Virus record (IMG/VR): IMGVR_UViG_3300042997_000757
Coordinates: 1-64,000 of that record
Source of the DNA: a virus
Lineage: Duplodnaviria > Caudoviricetes
Direction: 5' to 3' (one strand)
DNA length: 64,000 nt
The translations under genes and the position numbers were made by a program. The notes beneath the pieces are model-generated. The model did not search any database. It worked only from the letters and a program-made list of their open reading frames with translations, and had not been told where the DNA came from. Below, one piece after another: positions 47,307 to 55,923 of this stretch (within the stretch, counting starts at the first letter, position 1; every line of letters begins with the position of its first letter).

Positions 47307-47734
47307 GCCCTGTCTGAACTAACGACTGTGGAGCGCATTCCCAATACTTTTGCATGTTCTTCATTAGTGACATATATGGTCCTGATTGCTCGTTGAAATC
47401 TAAGGTCGTACTCAAGTAGTTCGACGCTGTCGTAAAAATATACGGGAGTAGATATTCCCTTACGCATGAGCCAGTTGTCAATGACTGGTACTGCATCTTC
47501 TGAGAGAAAAGTGTAAACGTCAGTACCAAGTCCTAAACGGTTTACCGAATCTGCCAATGCTTTTAAAGGAAGAGTGTGTGGTTCCCACAAAGAAATTGCT
47601 CGCTCCCAATTATTTCGTTTGCGGTGAATGTTTTCTAAAAGATTCTTTGCACCTTGTGGTGGAGAAGCAAGCAATCCCTCAAAGATTAACGCTTGTGCTA
47701 ATGGAGCATAGGAACTGAGATCATTCCCCTGCAT
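47294..47734 (-). CDS. Hypothetical protein (HAD-like fold possible)
   Basis: MQGNDLS..LIFEGLL. Confidence 0.55.
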   Translation of the reverse strand: MQGNDLSSYAPLAQALIFEGLLASPPQGAKNLLENIHRKRNNWERAISLWEPHTLPLKALADSVNRLGLGTDVYTFLSEDAVPVIDNWLMRKGISTPVYFYDSVELLEYDLRFQRAIRTIYVTNEEHAKVLGMRSTVVSSDRAWAP

Positions 47735-48383
47735 GTTCGTCCATCCATTTGTTAATACGGTAGTCCTCATTACGAAGAGGTGCTACGTAACAACACGCTG
47801 AAAGTATTGAAGAAACACTCTTGCTGTACATGGTTGTGAGACTATCGGGTTTGTATGTGCTGGTGACGATAGTGGTTAACTTTTCGTGATAACGAGATTC
47901 AATAAGTGAACAAATTGCTTTGCGTGTGAAATCAGTAGGTCGCTCGGTACCAAGTGAATCTAATACGACGATGTCGTAGACCTCTTGCATGTATTTAAGC
48001 GTGTTTGGGTCTTCATACCCCTCAGGTAACTCCCCTGAAAACTTAACTTCGTTGTAAGCCATCTGGATGTACTTGTCTGCTGTGACAAAGACTCCGCAAA
48101 GATTGTGTTTGTAAACAGCCCGTTTAAGTGCTGCTTGAGCAAGGTGCGTTTTACCTGAACCTGTTGCGCCAACAATGTATAAACCTTGACCATCTTCAAC
48201 ATGTTTCTCTGAGTCGTTAACCCAACTTTCAATTAAAGCAAAAGTTTTCTCATCTCCTTTTTGAACCTTAAAAGTATCAAGAGTGTCTTGTCGAAAACGG
48301 CGTGGAATCAAAGTGTTCTGCGCACGTTCTTCATCAGAACGGTTGCGCCAGTAACGTCGGCTACGAAGTTCAGTCATTGTCAA
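47721..48383 (-). CDS. DnaC/IstB-like AAA+ helicase loader
   Basis: IPRRF; GATGSGKT; VLDSLGTE; RY..L.TIVTS. Confidence 0.85.
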   Translation of the reverse strand: MTMTELRSRRYWRNRSDEERAQNTLIPRRFRQDTLDTFKVQKGDEKTFALIESWVNDSEKHVEDGQGLYIVGATGSGKTHLAQAALKRAVYKHNLCGVFVTADKYIQMAYNEVKFSGELPEGYEDPNTLKYMQEVYDIVVLDSLGTERPTDFTRKAICSLIESRYHEKLTTIVTSTYKPDSLTTMYSKSVSSILSACCYVAPLRNEDYRINKWMDEHAGE

Positions 48384-48505
48384 AAAAGTCCTTTAAACAT
48401 TTGGTTGCTAGGTGCTCATACATATCTTCAATATCCTCGAAGATTTCATCACAGATTCTGCAACGAAACCCAATACCCTCTTCTTCTTCTCTATAGCACT
48501 CCTGC

Positions 48506-48919
48506 TTAGTCCGGTAGGAGCCGGATGTCCACTTGCAAGTCATCGTAAGTGGTCTCCTTAGGTGCTGTAGGCGTGTTACTGAGGTGGTCTAGGTTAGCGA
48601 GGAAAGCACGCCACGGTGCAACACCATTAGGCAAAGGTTTACGAACAAGATCCTCTGCAAATGTTTTCATCATGGTACGAATTTCTTCAGGCGTTTTACC
48701 TGAGTCACGTAGTTTCTTTACGCCAACCATGAGTGCTTTCCCATTTACTGGAGAATTAAGTTTACCCCATGCGTCTACAGGCAATATTGTGGCAAAGTAC
48801 CCCACCAACCCTGACAGGGTGTCTTGTCGGGGAGTTTTCTTCGGGGACGCAGTGGCGTGTTCCTTCTCAGGGTCAGCACCAAGGGGGGTACCCCAATCGT
48901 CTGCTGGTTGCTTCCTCAT
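48506..48919 (-). CDS. Hypothetical replication-associated protein
   Basis: Between initiator and loader; C-terminus YDDLQVDIRL. Confidence 0.6.
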   Translation of the reverse strand: MRKQPADDWGTPLGADPEKEHATASPKKTPRQDTLSGLVGYFATILPVDAWGKLNSPVNGKALMVGVKKLRDSGKTPEEIRTMMKTFAEDLVRKPLPNGVAPWRAFLANLDHLSNTPTAPKETTYDDLQVDIRLLPD

Positions 48920-49419
48920 TTGAGCCTCTCATCTACCTCAAGGTCGTCGTACTCGGATTTTCGTTTCTTGGTATGGGTACTCTTATTAATACTCTTATTA
49001 CTTAACTCTTTATTGGGTGTCACCCGTGTCACTAGGGTAGTGTCACCAGTGTCACCACTAGTAGTGTCATGGGTGACACTAGGTAGTGTCATGGGTGTCA
49101 CTACCCCTAAGGCTTCAGGGTTATTGAAGTTGATGATAAAGGCATTGGACATGTTCCGATTATTGGTGCCTCGGTGGCGTCGTACAAGCACCCCAGTAGC
49201 CACTAAACGGTTGACCGCACGAATAACCGTTCGCCTATCAACGCCCACCTGTTCAGCGATGTACTGGTAGGACGTTGTCGTGGTCTGTGTCTCGGGCTTC
49301 ATGTAGACGAGGAGTTCAAGAAGGACGGCTTTAGCAGTTGAGTCGTTCTTCAGATACGGGAGTACCCATCGAGGAAACCCTAGGAAGGCCCCCCCAAATT
49401 TTGTGGCTGGTTTGCTCAT
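48916..49419 (-). CDS. HTH replication initiator-like protein
   Basis: SYQYIAEQVGVDRRTVIRAVNRL..G; internal DNA repeats; GGAG RBS. Confidence 0.75.
   Translation of the reverse strand: MSKPATKFGGAFLGFPRWVLPYLKNDSTAKAVLLELLVYMKPETQTTTTSYQYIAEQVGVDRRTVIRAVNRLVATGVLVRRHRGTNNRNMSNAFIINFNNPEALGVVTPMTLPSVTHDTTSGDTGDTTLVTRVTPNKELSNKSINKSTHTKKRKSEYDDLEVDERLK
49017..49106. repeat. Iteron-like GTGTCA(C/T) cluster; candidate replication origin
   Basis: Seven direct GTGTCA copies plus one inverted TGACAC in ~90 bp inside the initiator gene, beside an AT-rich tract. Confidence 0.7.
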
Positions 49420-49469
49420 TTATTGCTCCATTGTTTGCGACTGTGGAATGACGATGATACACTGCTTTT

Positions 49470-49595
49470 GCTGTCATGTACACCTACTTGAGTGTAAGTA
49501 CGGTGTGATAGTACCTCCATTGGTTGGTCCCTTTGGTTGGTTGCTCAGGTAAATGGCTGGATATGGCAGAAACTGTATCCAGCCATTTGCTGTTT
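49470..49595 (+). ncRNA. Putative sRNA antisense to early-gene leaders
   Basis: TGn-TACACT at 49455-49463; 5' hairpin; unpaired CCTCCATTGGTTGGT..CTTTGGTTGGTTG; 3' long hairpin 49546-49592 with G-U pairs on + strand. Confidence 0.6.
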
Positions 49596-49612
49596 ATAGG
49601 GTAAAATAGGGC

Positions 49613-49789
49613 ATGGCTGAAAAGAAACCCACCAAAAAAGAAGTATGGGACACACCAGACCCTTCTAAAAAAGATAAGAAGTTGACTCCTGAACAAAAGT
49701 CTGAAGCAAAATCTCGTGCTAAAAAAGCAGGACGTCCTTACCCAAATCTTGTAGACAATATGGCTGTGTCCAAGAAAGGAAAGAAGTAA
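49613..49789 (+). CDS. Small basic protein (58 aa)
   Basis: Manual translation ..AKKAGRPYPNLVDNM..; TAAAAT 5 nt before ATG. Confidence 0.7.
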   Translation: MAEKKPTKKEVWDTPDPSKKDKKLTPEQKSEAKSRAKKAGRPYPNLVDNMAVSKKGKK

Positions 49790-50070
49790 TGGCTGCCAAG
49801 AAATCTGATGCGTGGCAACGCAAAGAAGGAAAGAACAAAGAGGGTGGGCTAAACGAAAAAGGACGCAAGTCTTACGAAAAAGCCAACCCCGGCAGTGACC
49901 TTAAGCCTCCTGTATCTAAAGAACAGGCTAAGAAGTCTCCTAAGTCTGCCGCTCGTCGTGATTCTTTCTGTGCTCGCATGGAAGGTATGAAGAAGAAAAA
50001 CACTTCATCTAAAACTGCAAATGATCCTGATTCTCGTATTAACAAGTCTCTTAAAAAGTGGGACTGCTAA
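49789..50070 (+). CDS. DUF6321-like basic protein
   Basis: WQRKEGKN.EGGLN.KGR..SFCARM..WDC. Confidence 0.75.
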   Translation: MAAKKSDAWQRKEGKNKEGGLNEKGRKSYEKANPGSDLKPPVSKEQAKKSPKSAARRDSFCARMEGMKKKNTSSKTANDPDSRINKSLKKWDC

Positions 50071-50504
50071 TGAGCGCTCTTACCAATGACCTTAAAACCC
50101 TTTTGGCTGACTCTGTCACAATGTATTTTGTTGCACATGGTTATCATTGGAACGTAGAAGGTTCTGACTTTAGTCAGTACCATGCACTCTTTGCAGAAAT
50201 TTATGAAGATGTCTACAGCGCTATTGATCCTTTGGCAGAAGATTTACGCAAACTAGATGAGTATGCACCTTTTACTTTGAGCAAGTTTATTGATCTTAGA
50301 ACAGTTGAAAGTGTTGAAGTAGCACCTAATCCTAAAGCAATGGCAAAAGCCTTGCTAAAGGTTAATCAAGGTGTTCTTGAAACCATCAGCAAGGCTTTTG
50401 TTTCGGCTAATAAAGCCAATGAGCAGGGTATTGCTAACTTTCTCGCAGAGCGAGACAACATGCACAAGAAGTGGGCATGGCAACTAACTGCTTCAACTAA
50501 GTAG
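50070..50504 (+). CDS. dps: Dps/ferritin-like DNA-protection protein
   Basis: HGYHWNVEG.DF..YH.LF..IYED..D.LAE; HKKWAWQL. Confidence 0.9.
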   Translation: MSALTNDLKTLLADSVTMYFVAHGYHWNVEGSDFSQYHALFAEIYEDVYSAIDPLAEDLRKLDEYAPFTLSKFIDLRTVESVEVAPNPKAMAKALLKVNQGVLETISKAFVSANKANEQGIANFLAERDNMHKKWAWQLTASTK

Positions 50505-51269
50505 TTCTTTAACTTTTTCTAGAGGAACGGTAGTGGAATGAATACTGCTTCCATCACTCCAAACAATCACTGCAATTTGCACTAAATTATCAGCAGAAGG
50601 TTCTGCGTATACGTGCACATCAGCGGCTACTTCAGGCATGTCTTCACCAAGAATGATGTCAACGATTTCTTCTTTAGAGATTCTGCCAATGTTCTCGATA
50701 CCAAATGATTTTGCTTGACGACGTAGAACACCAATGTTCATGTTCATCAGTTCATCACGAGTGAAACCCACAATGGCGTACTCATCCTCTGTATCCACTT
50801 TTACAGGGGCAGTTTCTTCTTTTGCTGGTGCACTTCCCTCAACCACAATTGGCGCAAGTCCATCGGTCAAGTCTTTAATGGGAACGCCAACATCTGATGC
50901 CATAATTGCAAACTTCTCTGATGATTCAGGGTTTTCTTCATCCCACAATAAGAGAAGTGTTCCTTTGTTAGCGCTAAGTGCTTTAAGCATTTCTTTTGCT
51001 GGGTCGTCAGTAGTAAATGTTTCTTCCGCCAATGCCAACAATGCCTTAGGTGCGTTGTCATCTATGCGATGGTATGCGCAAAAACTTGCTTCGTTGTCAG
51101 CAAGAAAATCGTACACCGTGGTAACAGCGCCTTGAGGTTTGCGACGAGCGTGTACTAAAAATTGAGTGTTGTCACCAAAAACATCTGCAAGTCCGTCAAT
51201 GACAATCTTGGAGTTAGCGCTTCCGCTACCCAAGATTCCATAAACTTGTTGGTCCCTATTGTTTGTCAT
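50493..51269 (-). CDS. Hypothetical protein with possible Rho-N-like helical motif
   Basis: ELMNMN..LR..AK..GI.....KEE.VD.I; AAGGAAG RBS. Confidence 0.55.
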   Translation of the reverse strand: MTNNRDQQVYGILGSGSANSKIVIDGLADVFGDNTQFLVHARRKPQGAVTTVYDFLADNEASFCAYHRIDDNAPKALLALAEETFTTDDPAKEMLKALSANKGTLLLLWDEENPESSEKFAIMASDVGVPIKDLTDGLAPIVVEGSAPAKEETAPVKVDTEDEYAIVGFTRDELMNMNIGVLRRQAKSFGIENIGRISKEEIVDIILGEDMPEVAADVHVYAEPSADNLVQIAVIVWSDGSSIHSTTVPLEKVKELLS

Positions 51270-51279
51270 ATTGCTTCCT

Positions 51280-51534
51280 TTATCTACTAGATTTACGGGC
51301 AGCAACGTCTCCTAGAAGGGTTATCAATCTGAGAATTCCGTGTACTGCACCTGCGAGTGTAGCGACTACTAACCCTGATGTCCACATATCTTCAATGCGA
51401 AGAACAGCGCTAACTGCATACCCCAATATAATACCAACACTAACTTTTACCCAAGGCATTGCTTCTTTTGGCAACATGGCATCTAAAAATTGAATCAGTT
51501 TATAAACGGCTAGTGCACTTATTATGTAGGTCAT
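51280..51534 (-). CDS. Small membrane protein (holin-like)
   Basis: Three hydrophobic segments, basic C-terminus. Confidence 0.5.
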   Translation of the reverse strand: MTYIISALAVYKLIQFLDAMLPKEAMPWVKVSVGIILGYAVSAVLRIEDMWTSGLVVATLAGAVHGILRLITLLGDVAARKSSR

Positions 51535-53192
51535 GTTTTTCCGGGAATCCAATCAAACTTTAGTTGTCCAGATGAGGAAGGGTCAAAAGTAATGTTAACG
51601 GGAATAATAGAAGAACACACTTTTTTAATTGCTTCTTGTGTTTTCTTACGCTGAACCATGAAGGTGCTGTAAGAAGTGTTTATAGTTCCAGACCATGCAT
51701 AATCATTGAAGTTGCTTTGATACAAGAACCCACCAAAGTCACTTGACCCATCAAAATATGCACCAAATGAATACGGTTCTAACATCCAACGAGTAATAGT
51801 CACTGTGGTATTTGCTGGTATATAGAATAATAAAACAGGATATTTAGTTGTTCCTTGGTTTGAAGGGTTACCTACTTCAAACACACGTCGAGTAACCGTA
51901 GAACTATTAATTGTTTCTTGATAATCTAAACCACTAACAGGAAGTTCAGGCTGTGCTGTCCATCCAGTACCTGTCCAAGTTGACCATGCGGCACTACTTG
52001 CAATTTGGCACCCATAAGGAATTGCGCCGCTATTGGAAGATAACCACCCAAAAGACGTGTAATACCCAGCATCAGTGCTAATTGGAACGGCAACTTTTGA
52101 TATAAGAGCAACTTTTGTAGCAGTTGCTCCAGTAACCAGTTGAATACCATTAGTTACTTGGGTAACTGTTGCTGCTCCAGCATTCTCTTGAGTAACACCC
52201 CATGTGGGTGTAGTTGCCCCTAAAGAGGTTACAAGTCGAGGATCACCAATTAAGTTTGCACGTTGTGCGTATACAGTGGCTATCCATGTTGAACTAGGTT
52301 TTGTAAAAGTCGCTTTAGCCCCACTAAGTGCAGACAGGTACCCTTCAATGGATTGCACGGTTCCTTTGCGCCTGCGCAAAAACCCAATGTCACGTAACAA
52401 TGCTCGTGTGCGGGTTACCCCAATATCAGCAACACCAACTTCAAGACCAACTAGGTTGGCTAACTGCCCAATACCTTCAGCCTCTGCTCTTTCAGGGTCA
52501 TACCCAGCAATTACTGATGCTATTAAAGAACGGGTGCGGTCTAACTCAAAACCAAAAATATCTAAAAATTTGTATAAATCTCCGGAGGTGTCACGGTCTT
52601 TATAGTACTGAGGAATTCGTGCCCACAAATCTTTAAGTGAGTTGTAGTCAGTAGGGGATAAAGTTTCTACACTAGAAAGTTTTTCATACCAATAACTACC
52701 ATTACCACCAGCGTCTTGGTAATAACGACCAAACAAAGAATAATAACCCCATGAACCACTAGATACATTTTGATGGGTAATTTCCTGTATGGCAATGTTT
52801 CGTTCTGTTGGGTCTACGTTATTTTCATCATAAATGGTTGTTCCATCGTTGGCAGATTCTGGGTACCCTGTTAAAGAATAAACAACTTTTATACCTATAA
52901 GACCGCTGTCATTTGTTTCAATAGCACTAACTGTTGTTGGTACTTCTGTTAAAGACCAGCGAAGAATGTTAGCGGTATGTTCAATTGCAAAGGCTTCAAA
53001 GAAAGAAGTTCCACCAACGTCTGCGGCTAGTACTAGGTTTCTTGACCGAAGACCACGGTCGTTATCTTGCACATTGGCAGCAACTCCAGCAACTCCTTGC
53101 CACGCAGGAGTACCACGGGTAAATGAACCAGCATTAACTAATTCACCTGAAACATTGGAGTCACGACGAAGTCTAAAAGAAACTCTACCCAT
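51531..53192 (-). CDS. Baseplate wedge/tail protein (P2 gpI-like domain)
   Basis: LW..IP.YY..L.KFL..FG..L.QLA..RRKGT. Confidence 0.75.
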   Translation of the reverse strand: MGRVSFRLRRDSNVSGELVNAGSFTRGTPAWQGVAGVAANVQDNDRGLRSRNLVLAADVGGTSFFEAFAIEHTANILRWSLTEVPTTVSAIETNDSGLIGIKVVYSLTGYPESANDGTTIYDENNVDPTERNIAIQEITHQNVSSGSWGYYSLFGRYYQDAGGNGSYWYEKLSSVETLSPTDYNSLKDLWARIPQYYKDRDTSGDLYKFLDIFGFELDRTRSLIASVIAGYDPERAEAEGIGQLANLVGLEVGVADIGVTRTRALLRDIGFLRRRKGTVQSIEGYLSALSGAKATFTKPSSTWIATVYAQRANLIGDPRLVTSLGATTPTWGVTQENAGAATVTQVTNGIQLVTGATATKVALISKVAVPISTDAGYYTSFGWLSSNSGAIPYGCQIASSAAWSTWTGTGWTAQPELPVSGLDYQETINSSTVTRRVFEVGNPSNQGTTKYPVLLFYIPANTTVTITRWMLEPYSFGAYFDGSSDFGGFLYQSNFNDYAWSGTINTSYSTFMVQRKKTQEAIKKVCSSIIPVNITFDPSSSGQLKFDWIPGKT

Positions 53193-53194
53193 TA

Positions 53195-54790
53195 CTATGC
53201 CCCTCCACTAGCCACGATGCCACCTGTTGCGGTAATTGACGGCTTATTATCAGATGGAATAAATAATAAAGTATCAGCAGTTGCAGATATTCCACTAAAG
53301 GTTCCACTAGACGCAATGTTGTTTGCAGTTCCTATGGTATTAAACCTAGTTACTTGCGTGTAATCCACACCCTCAACTGCCAAGATTGTTCTATAGAGCG
53401 CTCCTAAAGAAACACTTCCACCAAATTCAACGTTTTCAAAAGAAAACAAATCAAGTATTGCAGTGTTAACGGCATTAACCACGGTTTCCCGAACGTAGCC
53501 ACCAAGTACTGCCATGTTTATAGTTATATAAGCAGGGGTCAAAGTAACAGAGGTGGCAACTGAATAGGAAACTCCCGCCACTGTTCTTGTAGATAAGTAA
53601 GTATTAACGTCTGTAACAATACTATTTGTAGTTAAATCAATTGAGTTTGCGGCTAGTGCTCTTGAGGCATAATCCCCTTGTAAAGGAAGCACAGAAACCA
53701 CAACAGCACTACCCGATAACTTTGATTGTGCTTTAACAACTCCCGGAACACGTAAAGCAAGATCTTTGTAGTCTTGCAAAGACACAGCACGGTCTTGTGT
53801 GCGGTATGCCAGAGGGATGTTTACTTTCATAGACATCATTGATTCGGCATCTGACCCACCAGTTGTTGCAGTTGTGTTTCCTACCACAACCACTCCTGTT
53901 AAAGAGGTTCCGCTAGGGAGAATAGTTGAATCAAAGGCAGTTATTGATCGGGCAGGAAGGTTTCCTGCTGATCCACGGCTTCGACGGTAACTGATACGTA
54001 TTTGAGCATTAGGAATGGGGATATTACCGTTAACACCATTACCAAAGTAAACGTACAAATAATCGTCAGAGGTGTATTGGGTGGTATACACATTAGATGA
54101 ACTTACTGCGTCTAGTAGGCGATCCACATAGGTGTATTCCACATAGGCACCGCCAACCCCTTCAGCCACGTCTACGGCAAGGGAGTAGTTCGCAATACCC
54201 GTGTTAGCAAGTTTAATTCTTTGTCCTGCACTACCCGTAGCACTGAAAAACTCAGTGTAACGTTCTCCCTCAGTTACATTTAATGCAACACCTGTTCCAG
54301 CAGTTGCCCCCTTGGAGTAGGTAGCATATGTGACGTTATTACTGTCAGTGTACGCTGCCCCTGTTTCGTTAAAAGCAACAGGAAAATCAAGTGTAAAAAT
54401 TACACTACTAGCCGAAGATACTTTTGGAGTAGCCGTAAAACGCCAATATTTAGGAAGAATAATAGGTGACGCATCAGTTGCAGCAGATTGTGACGCATCT
54501 ACATAAACTGATCCTCTTGCAGGGATACGTCCACTAGGAATGTAGTCAAGAAGGTTAGCAATAGATAAAACGCTTTCCCGTTGTGTAGCCGTGGCAAGGT
54601 TGGATTCTCCAGCCGCACGGTCAACATAGTAATGGAGAACGTCACCCATATATGCCCACAGATCGACCATGACCATACCAAAGTCCGATGGATCACGAGA
54701 TGTCCAACTAGGGATAACTACTGAGGCACGTTCCAAAAGATCATTTTGAATAGACGTATAGTCTCGGCTGGTGTAATCAAAAGTGGTCAT
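53195..54790 (-). CDS. Baseplate J-like wedge protein
   Basis: DYTSRDY, D.G..MVDL.AY.GD, FGNG.NG, RAVSLQDY. Confidence 0.9.
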   Translation of the reverse strand: MTTFDYTSRDYTSIQNDLLERASVVIPSWTSRDPSDFGMVMVDLWAYMGDVLHYYVDRAAGESNLATATQRESVLSIANLLDYIPSGRIPARGSVYVDASQSAATDASPIILPKYWRFTATPKVSSASSVIFTLDFPVAFNETGAAYTDSNNVTYATYSKGATAGTGVALNVTEGERYTEFFSATGSAGQRIKLANTGIANYSLAVDVAEGVGGAYVEYTYVDRLLDAVSSSNVYTTQYTSDDYLYVYFGNGVNGNIPIPNAQIRISYRRSRGSAGNLPARSITAFDSTILPSGTSLTGVVVVGNTTATTGGSDAESMMSMKVNIPLAYRTQDRAVSLQDYKDLALRVPGVVKAQSKLSGSAVVVSVLPLQGDYASRALAANSIDLTTNSIVTDVNTYLSTRTVAGVSYSVATSVTLTPAYITINMAVLGGYVRETVVNAVNTAILDLFSFENVEFGGSVSLGALYRTILAVEGVDYTQVTRFNTIGTANNIASSGTFSGISATADTLLFIPSDNKPSITATGGIVASGGA

Positions 54791-55197
54791 AATGTTGACT
54801 CCTGTGTCAATATGTTGGGGTCACCCAAATAGAAAGAAAAAGTTTGGCGGTCAAAAGGTCCTACGCTATATCGTACCCCAATGTTTAAAGTCGTTTCATA
54901 ATCATCTGAGGAAAATGAGTTAGCGGGGCTAACTACTAGGTCTTCAATATTTACACCACTAGTAAAACGAGAAAGTTCATTTAAAGCATCTACCCTGAAT
55001 TCGCCATAAAGAAGATCATCAACAGGCTCAAAGAGTAGTTCCATGGCGTTACCTCCATACGATGGGCGCATCACCCGTTCCCCTTTAGTAGTAACGAGGA
55101 CATCAATAATACGTTGTTCGGCGGCTTTCTTTTGATCGGTTATTTCACCGACTTTGCCATTTTCTTTAATTTTAAAAGGAACTGCAATAGTTGTCAT
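54787..55197 (-). CDS. gp25/GPW-like baseplate protein
   Basis: T.KGERVMRP.YG...LLFEP. Confidence 0.9.
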   Translation of the reverse strand: MTTIAVPFKIKENGKVGEITDQKKAAEQRIIDVLVTTKGERVMRPSYGGNAMELLFEPVDDLLYGEFRVDALNELSRFTSGVNIEDLVVSPANSFSSDDYETTLNIGVRYSVGPFDRQTFSFYLGDPNILTQESTL

Positions 55198-55203
55198 TGT
55201 TAG

Positions 55204-55923
55204 TTAAAATCTCCTTACCGGACGAACATATTGGTTTTGCGACTTGCCTTGCGTATCTAAAAGTGCTGTATGAAAACTGTGGTACCAAGCAGCGTTTGCA
55301 GCGCTCTCAGTTGAACTCCAATATCCGCCATTGATAAAAGAGCCAACGTCCAATTGATTGTATACAACATTGCGAATTAGTTGTAATTCTGAAATACTTG
55401 GGAGATACCAATCAGATTGACCACCCGATACTAGGTCGGCACAATATTTTGCGGCACAGGTTGCGGCGACATTGCCCGATTGAGAAACTATATCTATTGT
55501 GTTCTGATAACCAGCACCCAATGCCCTTGAATCAGCACCAGAAACGGTTGTTGATTGGTTTGAGTTAACATTGGTAGCCCAACTTCTTGGAACTTGTGTA
55601 CTAACTGGGGCTACTTCAAGGTACGTAAACCCTGCATATTCATCATACCTATCAACAAAAAAGATAACGCCACCACCGGGTCCTGTATCCCCAACTTTGT
55701 ACGTAAAGGTTGGGACAGCGTCTGTTTGTATCCAAAATACGTTAGTAAAGTTAGAGTCATCAGAAGTAATTAATATTTGTTCCCCTATATCAGGAACAAC
55801 CCACGGTGCTTTGCGCCCAATCTTTGAAAGGGCAATAACAGAGTTAAGTCCAGTTACCGAAGGAATCTTTACATGGATGTCCCCAGTAGTGGAGTTACTG
55901 TAGTTAACAATTGCTCTATGCAT
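55204..55923 (-). CDS. Baseplate spike OB-fold fused to DUF1566/C-type-lectin-like domain
   Basis: HRAIV..G.I.VKIP..VP.IGEQI; GDTGPGGG, DWYLPS..EL, YWSS.E, VRPVRRF. Confidence 0.7.
   Translation of the reverse strand: MHRAIVNYSNSTTGDIHVKIPSVTGLNSVIALSKIGRKAPWVVPDIGEQILITSDDSNFTNVFWIQTDAVPTFTYKVGDTGPGGGVIFFVDRYDEYAGFTYLEVAPVSTQVPRSWATNVNSNQSTTVSGADSRALGAGYQNTIDIVSQSGNVAATCAAKYCADLVSGGQSDWYLPSISELQLIRNVVYNQLDVGSFINGGYWSSTESAANAAWYHSFHTALLDTQGKSQNQYVRPVRRF

Noticed and set aside
55204-55325. Active DGR variable region
   Set aside because: Many candidate codons end in A/G rather than NNY, and no template repeat, RT or downstream hairpin is in the window.
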